Positions 12,470 through 24,588 of a stretch of 64,000 nucleotides of DNA are shown in pieces. Origin of the DNA: Octopus bimaculoides (lineage: Eukaryota); the NCBI RefSeq assembly GCF_001194135.2, contig NC_068984.1:11924266-11988265 (forward strand), in the 5' to 3' direction. The translations under genes and the position numbers were made by a program. Numbering within the stretch: the stretch's first letter is position 1; each line of letters begins with the position of its first letter. Under the pieces are notes generated by a model. That model made no database searches. It was not told where the DNA came from and saw only the letters and a program-made list of their open reading frames with translations.

Positions 12470-12830
12470 CTGCTGCAGGGGCACCTCTATGAAAAATTTT
12501 CAATCTAACAAATTGACCCCAGTACCATTTTTTTCTCTTTTCAAAGCCGGGCATTTATTCTATTGGTCTCTTTTTTTCTTCTTCTTTTTTTTTTTGTCAA
12601 ATCATTAGGCTAAAGGGATGTAAACAAACCAACACCAGTTGTCAAGCAGTGGTGGAGGACAAAACACATATGCATATATACACAGGCTCTTTCACTTTCC
12701 ACCTACCAAATCCACTCACAAGACTTTGGTCATCAGGAGGCTAAAAAGGAAGATACTTGCCCAAGGTACCACCATGTGGTTGAAAAGCAAACTTCTTATT
12801 ACACAGCTATGCTTGCACCTAACATTAAAA
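12470..12830 (-). mobile_element. SINE relic
   Basis: CCACCTACCAAATCCACTCACAAGACTTTGG...GAAGATACTTGCCCAAGGTACC...AAACTTCTTATTACACAGCTATGC, the same family as 1880-1995, 30940-31075 and 57660-57780. Confidence 0.7.
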
Positions 12831-15189
12831 AAAAGTCAGGTTCTTTTCTAAGAAACAGTAAATACTCGGTTATAATAGCATTATTAACCTTCATTTTGTC
12901 TTTACAAGGGTAAATCTATTTTTAAACATTAACCCTTCTACCAACAAATGTAAATCTGAGCATTTATTGATTCAATAGTTAACACCTTGGAAGGAATAAA
13001 ATTATGTTAAAGCTCTTAAGGTTGATATGCTTGGAGTTACCTCTTTATTTGCCAATGAAACTAAACATTTTCATTGCTTATGTAATGTTTTTCAAATATT
13101 CCAACCATTAAAAATGGTTTTACCTATTTAACTACACAATCTGTTTTTTTGTTTTTTTCCCCCCAATTATTTATCAGTGACAAAAGCAGCCATTGTGATG
13201 AATATTACTTCGCACATCCAACATATTTTGGATGTGCTGCATAGAATGCTGCAGACTGCAGTCAGCATCCTGAGAAATCATCTTGTGTAGATGGTAAATG
13301 CTAAAAAGCAGAGATTATATTGGTTGACAAAATTTCATCAGCACTGTTGCCTCACATATTAGGTTGGATGTGCTAATTAATATTTGTTATGAAGCTACTT
13401 CTGTTGTTAATAGCTAATTCATACACAGCCCACCAGCTTTTTGTGACATTGCTGACTGTTTAGTCAGTTAAACTATATCAGTTTAATTGATTTTTCAATC
13501 TTAATAAAAAAAGATACATTTGCAACCTTTAGTTGGCCTCTTTACTCTCATGTTTTCAATTCTGAAACACATTGATGTCAGAAAATAAGACATTTTCCCA
13601 AGTTGACACAAATGACATCTCTAACAAGGAGTGTTCTGAACATAGAATCCACTCTAGATTCCTCACTCACCATGCAAGTTATAATTTGATGGCCTTCCTT
13701 ACAAATAAATTATATTCACTAGACCTCTACACTAATTATCATTACCAACAACAATACTACTTTAATATCTTGCTTTTTTTTTTTTTTTAATCTCTCATGC
13801 TATCCCAAGCATATTGCTTTAATTTTGTATACCTTCTCATGTAATTTTCTCATCACTTTTTGGTAAACAGTGAAGTTTATGCTTCACCGAGAAAGTCTGA
13901 TAAGAGGGAAATGTGCAGAATACCTTCCCATAGATACTAATATAATATTAGTTGTTAAGCTAATGCTGTCTTTTCTTCACTGCATAATTATTTTAAACTG
14001 GATTTTCGATACATTAAATGTACTAACAATAATTCATAACCTGTGTGGTAACGTTTCCTTGTGAGCACTGTGAAGCTCATGAAAGAATGGTAAATACAAG
14101 GGAAAGGAGAAGACTGTGGAAGTGCTGAGTATTTAAAGGAACTGAGATTTTTCTTAGAAATTATTTAAGAATTTTGTCAGGATTAGAATGAGCAATTACA
14201 TTGATGAGCAGAAACATAACTGATGATGTGCCAAGATCAAATATAATTTCATTACACAAATCCTCATCTTTAGAAAATTCCATTAAAAAACTGACATAGG
14301 AGTAGGTAACATTAATCCACAGAAATATCTAAAATGAAAAGAAAACAGATACTAAACCATTGAGCAAAATTAATTTTTGCTTGATTAAAATAACAAAGAG
14401 AAGATGTTTGTAAAATACTATTCAGCCAAAGAGAGACTTGAGCAATTAAAAGTTGAAAACCATTGTGATAGCACAAGCTTAGCAATTGTTTTTCATAATG
14501 ATGACATCTCTGAGCAAATTAACCTCAGTCATTTATTTTTTCAGGTTAAAACTGCATTGCAATATCAGTGGTGTGTGCATGTGTGTTACTGTGACAAGCA
14601 GTTTTCACCAAATCTACACAATAGTAATTACTGTATTTCTGTCTGATGAAATTTTAGGCCACCTTGATATTGACATTTTTCTGTGTTATTTACTGTTTTA
14701 ATTTACTTTAAAAAAAAAACACCAGTGAATGAGTGGGTGGGTGAGTGAGTGAAAAAGAATGAGTGAGAGAATGTATCCTTGTATTTGTCTTTTGTTGAAG
14801 ATATCAAGACTCAAGAATGGCTTGTATATTTGGTTTGATCTGATAGGTATGTTACGCACGTACGCACACAAACACACAATGTCTCATAGTGACAGGATAC
14901 ATTTAAACACAAGTAATTTGGACTGGAACAAGTATGTTTATAATGGAAAGTGTATAATACAAAGCCTTGTGACCAGCAGTCCTACCATTATGAGGCACCG
15001 TGTATGTGTGCATATGTGCGTGTGCATTTATAGAATCTAGTAATGATGGAAGTGGTGGCCACGGTTATATACTAAAATTACAAGTTTAAAATTTTTTAAA
15101 GATAAATCATAACAACAAAATTTAATAATCAAGTCTACAGTTTGGGTAATGTCAGTGTGCATGCACGATAGAGTGTAAATGATTTAAGA

Positions 15190-15730
15190 GGAAAACTGTA
15201 TAAGAGGCATCAGATGTTGTGCAAGAGAGAAGACTGTGCTGGTTGGGTCATGTGATGCATATGGATGAGGACAGTGTGGTAATAATTACTGTTATTATTA
15301 TTACTCACAGTTATTTCCATCATCTCGGCAGCCAGTCGAAAACGAGGCTTTGGAATGATATTTAAACATGGCTGACTCCTGACCAGCAAGGTTCCCGACT
15401 AAAACAACTAGTGACGGATACCATACTCTCGTTCTTAGAAGAGTGAAGCCTATTTACACCCAATCATTTCCAGTTTGATAAACCAGAATTACCACAATTT
15501 ACTCTTCTAAGAACGAGGGTAAAGTATCTGTCAATTGTTTTAGTCGTGAACCTTGCTGATCAAGAGTTAGCCATGTTTAAATATCATTCCAAAGCCTTGT
15601 TTTCGGCTGGCTGGTGAGATGATGGAAATAACTGAGTAGTAATAATAACAGTAATTATTACCACGTTCTCCCCTGCTGAAGAATCTGAGCACCACACAGC
15701 GAGCTCATAAAGTTCTTAGTCATTAAAATA

Positions 15731-15775
<45 letters not shown>

Positions 15776-16010
15776 TGAATGTATGTAACTAGGGAATGGC
15801 GGGAATAATACAGGGCATTACAGAATTTCGGATAGTTCACGCTTCAACAATCTCACCAGTTCGATAACCAGAATTACTATAGACATAAAGTGCTGAGCTC
15901 TAATTGTGGAGGGTACCAGAAAGACGTGGGACAATGTGGTGAGAAAGGATCTTCGGATGCTGGGCCACACTGAGGAAATAAGGGACTGGGAGATGTGGTG
16001 ATTTACCATA
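15190..16010 (+). mobile_element. RTE-clade LINE 3' relic split by an insertion at 15276-15886
   Basis: CVQERRLCWLGHVMHMDEDS-like coding before the insertion resumes as KC*ALIVEG..RKTWDNVVRKDL after 15887. Confidence 0.75.
15276..15877 (-). mobile_element. Probable Penelope-like element end with an inverted partial copy (fold-back)
   Basis: Arms 15276-15447 and 15498-15664 are ~90% reverse-complementary by eye. A short direct repeat CCAGTT(T/C)GATAA(A)CCAGAATTAC occurs at 15470 and 15856, and (GA)n at 15734-15771. No TSD is visible. The Penelope assignment is inferred from the architecture. Confidence 0.55.
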
Positions 16011-16671
16011 CTTGATAAGACACATCAAGTAAAATCATTGTCTTCTACACATACAGGCTTGTCCTTTCAGGGTAGGTGCCACTTAAAATGCACCCACACT
16101 AGTTCCACTTAAATAGTACCCATGCTACTTAAAAAGCACCTGTGCTGGTGCTGCATTAACACACCCATGCCAGTGGCACATAAAAAGCACCCAACACTTA
16201 AGTGGTTGGCATTAGGAAGGGCATCCATCTGTAGAAACCATGCCACAACAGACAGAGTCTGGACAGCTCCCTACTACCCAGTTCCATGTCAAACCATCCA
16301 ACCCATGCCAGCATGGAGAGTGGACATTAAATGATGATGAACTGATGATGATGAATACTTGACTCAAAGCAATACATAGCTCATTGCTTCTTAAGTATTT
16401 TACTAACATACTGTTGCTAATAAATTAAATGAGTCTAACTCCAATGTCACCTTTCAGATAAACACATTTTAAAGTTGGTGTGGATTTTTTTAATTTTTTC
16501 CTGTAATACACAACTAATTAAATTTATATGCACATTATCAAAAAATACAATGTATGGGCAGTCAATAATTTCAATAAATAGGAAATATATAAAACATTAA
16601 TAATAATTCACGAGGTGCATGCAAAACACCAAGAATCCAGAAAATAATGCATCCACTAACTCTCAATGTCC

Positions 16672-16779
16672 TCTGGCAGATTGAAATATGAATATGCTGA
16701 TTACTGTTGTATTTCACCATTAGAGAACGATGACAAAAATACAATAGCAATCAGCATGTTTGCATTTGAATCTGCCAGA
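16672..16779 (+). other. ~43-bp-stem hairpin (candidate pre-miRNA or hairpin MITE)
   Basis: Arm 16672-16714 pairs with 16737-16779; 7 non-Watson-Crick positions, 4 of which are G-U on the plus strand. Confidence 0.6.
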
Positions 16780-18769
16780 ACAGACTGGGAATGAAGAGAT
16801 ATGTTATTGTGTAGAAAATACTAAGTTATACGACTTTTCTGTGGTTTCTAGGTCTTGCAACCAACTGTTTGTAGAAAATAAGGCAACTTTCTGGTATTGC
16901 GATCTTTTGGCAAAGGAATCCACCATCTTTTCCCCTTCACCTTTGAAATACCAATTTGACCAGGGTACTGCTTCTTTAAAAGCTATTTTTGTCTTCTTCT
17001 TTATTATATTGATACTCTGGTTACTTGGTTTCGTCAGAATAGGTTCACTTATCAAGATACTGACTGTTGTGAATTTGTGATTGAAATGTTGACTTGTCCC
17101 TTGTCAAAAATCATGCCATTTATTTTCTCTTCTTTATAGCACAATCAACAATGTTATAGAACAATTCTGGAGTGGGAATTTCAGAATTTTTGTTTTATGT
17201 GTTCTCATTAAATTGTGTACACTGTCATTATCATTGTGGCTTCATTTTTAAAAAAATGATTAATCTCCTTTGTGCTCCTGGCATTAGAATTCAAAAACTT
17301 AATGAACAACCCTCTAACAGTCCAGTTGTGAACTGAAATGAACTGTTGAGAACTGCTGTGTATCACAGAATATGGTAAGTTTTTCTAATAGTTGTAACTC
17401 TCACTAATATCTAACAAAATTACTTTAGGAGATACAATTGTTCATACTTTTAGTATTTTGAAAACTAAAGGTCATTGAGATATGATGCTTTCACTGAAAG
17501 AAACTAGAGAACTTAAGATATCTACAATACACACATGGTGGACTTAACGACTTTTTAGGAGAAAAGACTCTTCAGATTATTAGCAACAAAATACATATAT
17601 AAATTCAGTCCTCGTACAACTATTAGCTCCTTACTTAATAGTGCTTGATTACAAATGACATTTACTGAAACAAAAGGTTCACAGATATTACCACACATAA
17701 ACAATACGAGAATAACCTACAATGAAATTTATCAGTTACAGTGGGACTCCTAATAAAGCTTGCTAAATAGCCTGAAAGTAGTCATTAACAATACTATTTG
17801 ATATAAAGCAAAATAGAAATGAAGATCTGAAACTGGCTCCATTTTATAGTTCTAAAGCAGTAAAAATTATTTGGCTTTTAGAGTAGTTTCATCAATGTGA
17901 ATAAGAAAGCATTTGAATTTTTCCATGGTTTACTTAAAACAAAAACATAAGTCTGATATTTGTATTTATCTAGCTTGAGTTGTTGATTTGGGAAATTTCA
18001 AAATGAATAATTATATATGAAAAATGAGGTTAAAGTGAAAACAAAAAATTGCTTATTGAGTTAATCAAGAGCATGGAAATATGTCAAAATAGAAAATAAA
18101 ACAGGCACTAATTAATATTTGTAACAAATATTTCAAATGGACCTATTCAAACTATAAATTTACCCAATGCAAAGTGTTTTCTTTTGTTTCAGTAATCAAT
18201 AACAAACTTTCCCACCAGCCTATATATCATGTTTACTTGTGTAAAAGTTGCTTACTCACACACATTAGGGGAAAGGCTGGTACAAAACTTTTATAATCAA
18301 AATCTACATGAGAGATGAGACAAAGGCCAAGGTGCTTTTCAAATTACGCAACATATCTACTGTTAGCTATTAGTGCAATTAGATAAATGAGCTGTCATGT
18401 AGAATACAATAACAAAAGAAAATGCAAAGATGATTATGAAATAGCTGCTATGTGCAAAATACATAACTATGAACTATTATAATAATAAAGAAGTCATTAA
18501 AGGAAATCCAATTTCGGTACCAAAGTAGATTTAAGGTGAAGCATAATTATGAAATTATCTCAATAGCAAAATACATTTACTTGTATAAAATGCAAGAAAT
18601 TTAAAATGAAATATGAAGATAAAAATTGGGGGTAGTATTAACTCAAGCATAAAGAAGAGGATAAAGTATATAACTGATAATTAGATACAAAATATGGCAA
18701 AGTCACATTATATTCAAGTAAATATGGTAATTACAACTTAAAAGCCATCAAAGCCAAGTTCTTCATCAT

Positions 18770-19340
18770 CAATGATACCAAAGAGTTCCTCATATTCCAG
18801 CTGTGTCAGCCTTTTTGTCTGCATCCTATAATGGTGGTACTTCCTCTTTTTCCAGTTCTTGGCTATCTAAAATTCATCTCCAGTCATATCTAACCTTACT
18901 ATTTGATATTCCTGTCCTAAAGAAACAATCATTTAGACTGGAATATCATCCTGCACATTCTTTACTCAAAATGCTACAAAAGACAAGCTTGGTTTCTTGA
19001 GGTTACCACTTTTAGTCAGTTCTCTTTGATATGCAAACATCCATGCCATCCACAGCTGATGTATCTTATCCTTCAATACCTTATTCAGTACCACATCCAA
19101 AAATTGTAGCAAACATGCGAGACCATTTTGTATCATAGTTTGAGCTATATTCTGTGACTTAAACCCACTCTTTTACCTTTTCTGTCTTGAGTGGAAGGAA
19201 ACGGTCTGATCTCTCGACATGGTTTCTTCTTTAGACATTTCCTGATTTTGTTTCATGTTTGGTTGAGCCACACTACAACTCCATCTTCATCCATCCAGCC
19301 CCTTGGGAAATGGTAAACTCCAAACAAAAAACATCAGTTT
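18770..19340 (-). mobile_element. Highly degenerate LINE (RTE-like) 3' relic
   Basis: The minus strand gives decayed LW.AWMF...VKNVQ..IP....GRGS.T-type fragments; weak resemblance only. Confidence 0.4.
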
Positions 19341-19743
19341 CCAGACCCTTCATTCAGTTTCAATAGTGGGTATTCAACTAAACTACCAGCTCATTGTATA
19401 AATATGTAAGTGACAGAGTATTCCACAAACACAATGTCCATAACATAATTCACATGCTAAATCAGCAAGATACAGTTTATGTGGTAAGCTTAACCCTTTG
19501 AGTAACTGTACCAGTAATCCAATTTCAATCACAAAACCTGGGCTGACACAAGTTTATGGTGGAAAACTTGTCCAAGATGCTACACAGTGTGAAATGAACT
19601 TGATAACCAGTTGGCTATTTCTGTACCCTGTACATGTGTGTAATGTAAATATATTAGTTTTGGGGTTGTAACTGTAAAGGAATTTCGAGAAGTAGCAGAA
19701 CATTTACTGATGGTAGGGTATTCAATATATTTATCATAAAATC

Positions 19744-19829
19744 AGTTTTGACTGGGATTTCAAGTTTTGTCTGATAGCTTATTCAATCAACTTGAGCAGC
19801 TACGCAAAACTTGAAGTCCAGTCAAAGCT
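19744..19829 (+). other. 86-nt extended hairpin (candidate pre-miRNA or hairpin MITE)
   Basis: AGTTTTGACTGGGATTTCAAGTTTTG pairs with CAAAACTTGAAGTCCAGTCAAAGCT (one bulge, two U-G pairs). Inner TAGCT/AGCTA and TTCAA/TTGAG stems extend it. Confidence 0.6.
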
Positions 19830-22800
19830 AATTATATACATACATACATTCACACACACAAAATTAGCTTTGCCAGCATGGAAAGAAAAGAGGTTAAATT
19901 ATATATATATATATATATATCATATATATATTATATATTATATATATAAACTGAGCTTTGATGAAAAACCTTTTCTCCGTGTGGTAAATTGCAGTGAAAA
20001 ATCTAAAAAGAAAACTGCACAGAAATTTTATGTTGGACAAAAACTTTTTTTTTTTTTTTAATGAAATGAAATATTACATAGTCACTCAGTTTCACTTGTG
20101 CTAATGACTAAGAAAGTGATGTTTTGTGTGTGTGCACACAAAAAGTTTTACAGCCATTTATCTACACATCAAATTTTTATTGGAAGAATTGTCTCGGCAG
20201 CTGAATGCTGTTTTTTACTGCTGTCTACTCCCAGACAGAGCAAAACGAGTACTCTTCCTTTAAGCAAAATTAATGGGGCAGTGTCATGTAACTTGTTCAG
20301 GGGCAAATAACACAGTGCCTATGGCAGGAAGGTTTGTACTAATCCATCTTACACATTTCCTATATTTTTAGAGTGTAAACCTGTTAAAATTAAATGACTG
20401 AGATCTACAATATATGTTGGTAAGTCTGATCTTCATTCTCATCATCATTTCAATATTTACTTTTTCACACAAGAATGAATCACATGAAGCTCTTTCAGGC
20501 AAATTTTTCTACAGTCAGATGTTTGTCCTGTAGCCAATCCTCACCTGTTTACAAGTAAAATGACATTTCCATTGTCCTTCAAACACAAACAGCTCAACAG
20601 CAGACATGCTTTCAAAGAAGATTACTAACAAATGATACTGTTTTTGCATGAACAGTGACATTGTTTACAATCAATGAACAAATGCCAAACAAGGAGACGC
20701 AAACAAACACACAAGGATCTTCTTACAGTTTCTGTCTACCACATTCAGTTATAGGATTTGTTTGTCCTGGGACAAGAGCAGAAGAAACTTGCCCAATGAG
20801 CCATACAATAGGACTACATTTATAAACTATGTTGTTATGTTTGTGCCTATAGACACTGATATAAGAATATTATTGTTATTTTTACATGGAGTCTTTTGTG
20901 TTATTGTGAGTTGGGTGGTTCAACATGTTCAAATATATGAAATCAAATATACTTTACACTTGCCTCCTCATTTTTTATACCACCAACTACAGGATATGAA
21001 TAGGATCCTCTATTCCAAGCTAGTTACTCATGTAATGTACCTTGCCTCAAACACATATACACACACACACACCAGTTCTTAGACTTGAAACTGATTTAAG
21101 GATCAGTAAACCATGCCATCAAAACAGTCTTTACAAACCAAATATTATCTCTAGAGAAAGGCGAAGCTTAAAAGAATTTATATGTTCTACATGAAACAGG
21201 AATTTCTAATCCTTTTCCTTTTCTTTTTCTTTTTCTTTTTTTTTTTGCTTTCCTGAAAGTATCATGGTAGACAAACATTAAGGTAATCATACATTAATTT
21301 TATATTTCAATTTATTACTGATAAGTTGCCTTAGCTAGCAAAACAATAAACTCTCTCATTAGTGTCCATTGCTTTCATCAGTTGGCTTTAACCAGATTCA
21401 CTCCAATTTCCATTGTCTATACTGTTTAAAAATTAACATCTTGTTTGCTTGTTTGAATCATTTTATTTACCGTTTTTAGATTTAACACCCCTATAGGTAA
21501 TTTTTGTTTACTAATTGCCTGGATGATCTCAGCCAATCAGAAGTTTTTCAGCTCACTATGCACCTAAGAGCCAACTGTATGGTATATAGCATGCAGAGCA
21601 TCCCAGTGAGCTATTTTGTCTGTGTCATTATTATTGATCTCTTACTGGTCATCTTCCTAAAAGATTAACTCTGCTTACTGATCTTGAACTTTCTATGACT
21701 TTTTATCATCCTTTTAAACAAACAATCTACTGAACTGTAGTTGTGTTAGTATTTTATTAATCTTTCACGGCTGGTACTGTTATGACATTTATAACATGAA
21801 AACATTTACATACCTAATTCATTTATACCTAGTTAAATAGATCAGGGTTTCTCAAATTGGGTTCTGCATCAGCTATTACTGGTTCCATGGATAATTTTAG
21901 GGAAATAAACCTGTGGTATACATAGATAATTGTAATGATACAGTTATTAAAAAAAATCTGTAAAGTGGTTGATGAAATGAGTAGAGATAGATTAGGTTCA
22001 AGAAGATTCTTTAGTCTTGCTAAGAGAATGACAACCCTCTTTAGTGCTAGCACCAAGATAAAATGCACCCAGTATACTTTGTAAATTGTGTGGTGTTAGG
22101 AAGGGCAACCAGCAGTAGAAACTATTTCAAAGACTGAGACATGGGTAAGACATGGTCCATTGAGCTGTCCAGTAGGGCAGTAACTTCAAATAAGAAGTGA
22201 TTCAGACCCAACCAACCAGTCAATGCCAACAATGGAAACCAACTTAAAAGTTACAATCTTTGTATTTATGTTTATCCTTATCAATGATCTAATCAGAATA
22301 AACAAATACAATTTACTGCAAAAATGTTCAGTTTTAAACATGTTTTGAGATTTTGATAAAAAATCAAAATTCCATTACTAGTGTCTATGGACTCACCAAT
22401 AATTCCAAGTAAGAGAACTCCACACAAAAAGAATTTAGTACATGAACTAACAAAAAATAAAACTATGGAGTTGAAACAATTTATGGAAACACTTTCTATT
22501 CAGTTTCCTAACTAACACCAACATATAGCTATCAGTCTCTTACTTTAATCCCTTCCAGGCCTACTGTTGCTGCTATTTCTCCCCCAACACACTCATGCTC
22601 TCTCTTACTCCTTTGGTCATTACTCATTTATTCACCCTCTAAGTCACATTTGAATCCAATGAATGGAGACTACACATAGAGGACTTTTTACTTTTACAGG
22701 CAACAAGGCAACCTCACTAGTGCAAGCATTATGATAAAATATACCCGGAGCACTTTATAAAGTAGTTGGTCTTGGGAGAGCATCCACCCATATAAAACTC

Positions 22801-24588
22801 TGCTATAAATGGAACATGCAGATGAAACATAATCCTATGACTTGTCTAAGACACTAGTAGCTCTAAAAACTGAGATGGATTGCAACAACTTGTACAACCC
22901 AAATCAGCATGGAAAGTGGACATAAGATGATGATGATGGTGATGATGAATTTACTTTTGCATTTCAATTTCAAAACTTGTAAAGACAATAACACTGTACT
23001 GGAGTTACCAAATATAAATATATATATGTTAAGTTGTTTAGTACAAAGACTACTGGGTCAAGAAAATCAAATTTAATGCAGAATTTACAGTAAATTTTTC
23101 TAGCTCCAACATGCTAGATTAACTAATCTTTTTGATATCAACCCACCTGAGACAATTTCAGTTCTCTGATACTTACTTCCAGTTTTGAAGTGATCAAAAT
23201 TAAAACCACCCATTAAAAGTTTAATAATGATTAAGATTTATCTTACTGAATTCATTACTTTCAAAATTAATTGAAACAAAGATAGCATATTTCAATATAA
23301 ATATGGTAACAAAATGTTTAAATAGAGCATGTTAGTACATACATACCATTTACACAGACCAAGAGAAGCTACTAACACCAACTGTCCACTATGATAAATC
23401 AATTGAACTTTCGAACTATTTTCAGTGGCTTAAAATTCTTTCCTTTCACCATTCCATTACACCACATTTTGAACATTTAGTACTCATTGGTCCAACATAC
23501 TTTTCATTCTTGTTTCTTCAAATACATTATCATTTATTGTGAAAGAGACTATCTTTTCTGGTTCCTTTTAAAGCACCCAATGTAGCATTCTTCCTCTCAC
23601 TCACCTCTTTTCACAGTACATGTGCATACACACAACACAATTTGATAAAAAATAAGACCTATACAAACTCACACAGAAAAATCATGAAAACCTCATACAT
23701 AGTTACACTTATAATATTCACACATGCATCTACCCATATTCTACTGCTACAAAAACATTCTCTCTAATGTTCACCTTGGTACTTTTGCCCTCTGTTCTTT
23801 CTCTCTGCTGGTAAATACTATTACTCAACCCACCCCATCTCATTTTTATTAACTTCCAACCTTTTCCCAAGGTTTTACTTATTCTAACATTGTCTTTTCC
23901 CACTGCTGCTACTCCACTTCCCTCTCCTGTTGTTTACCTTAGTTTGTCGTTGTTGTGCTTGCAGTACAACATCAAATTGATTGTTGTGATGTGATTGTGA
24001 GATTTTGAAATCAATGTTGCTTAAGTTGACAAGTGGTGCATAGACACATGTATTTCTTTATTTAATAAAAATATAAGCTTTTCTAATTAATGAAAGTGCA
24101 ACTACACAAGATTTGATTGAAGGCCAAAATTTATACATATATGAAAGCTATGTCTTTTTTTTTTTTTTTGGGGTTGGGGGGGGGGGGGCTACAATATATA
24201 ATCAGATTACTTTTGTTTTAAGTTTTTCTCAATTTCCTATGAAAAATTAACATATCATTCTTGTTTAAAATTATAGTAATGTACAAATGAAATGCTTCTG
24301 TGCAAGCCAGACTATATGAAAATTCTCCAATTGTAAATTGTGTATATGTAATATAGAACAATTTGATCCAGTTCTGTGCAACTTAAAGTTTCGCTGGCTT
24401 CTGACAGGAGCCTGAAAGAGAACAGCTTCTGTTAGAGGCCTGTGAAACTTTTAAGCTCATAAAACTGAATCAAATTGCTTTAAATAATACATGTAACTTC
24501 AACTAAACGTGTTGAGTGTCCTTTTATATATACACACACTAATTTTGTGTGTGTGTGTATGTAGCTTGTTAATATATACAGTAATATA

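Noticed and set aside
13197-13246. SECIS-like ATGA...AA...GA arrangement
   Set aside because: ATGA-to-AA spacing (~19 nt) is too long for helix II, and there is no in-frame UGA selenoprotein ORF.
24390-24450. Hammerhead-like CTGA...GAAAC with small stems
   Set aside because: It lacks the CUGANGA core and correctly placed stem II/GAAA and stem III.
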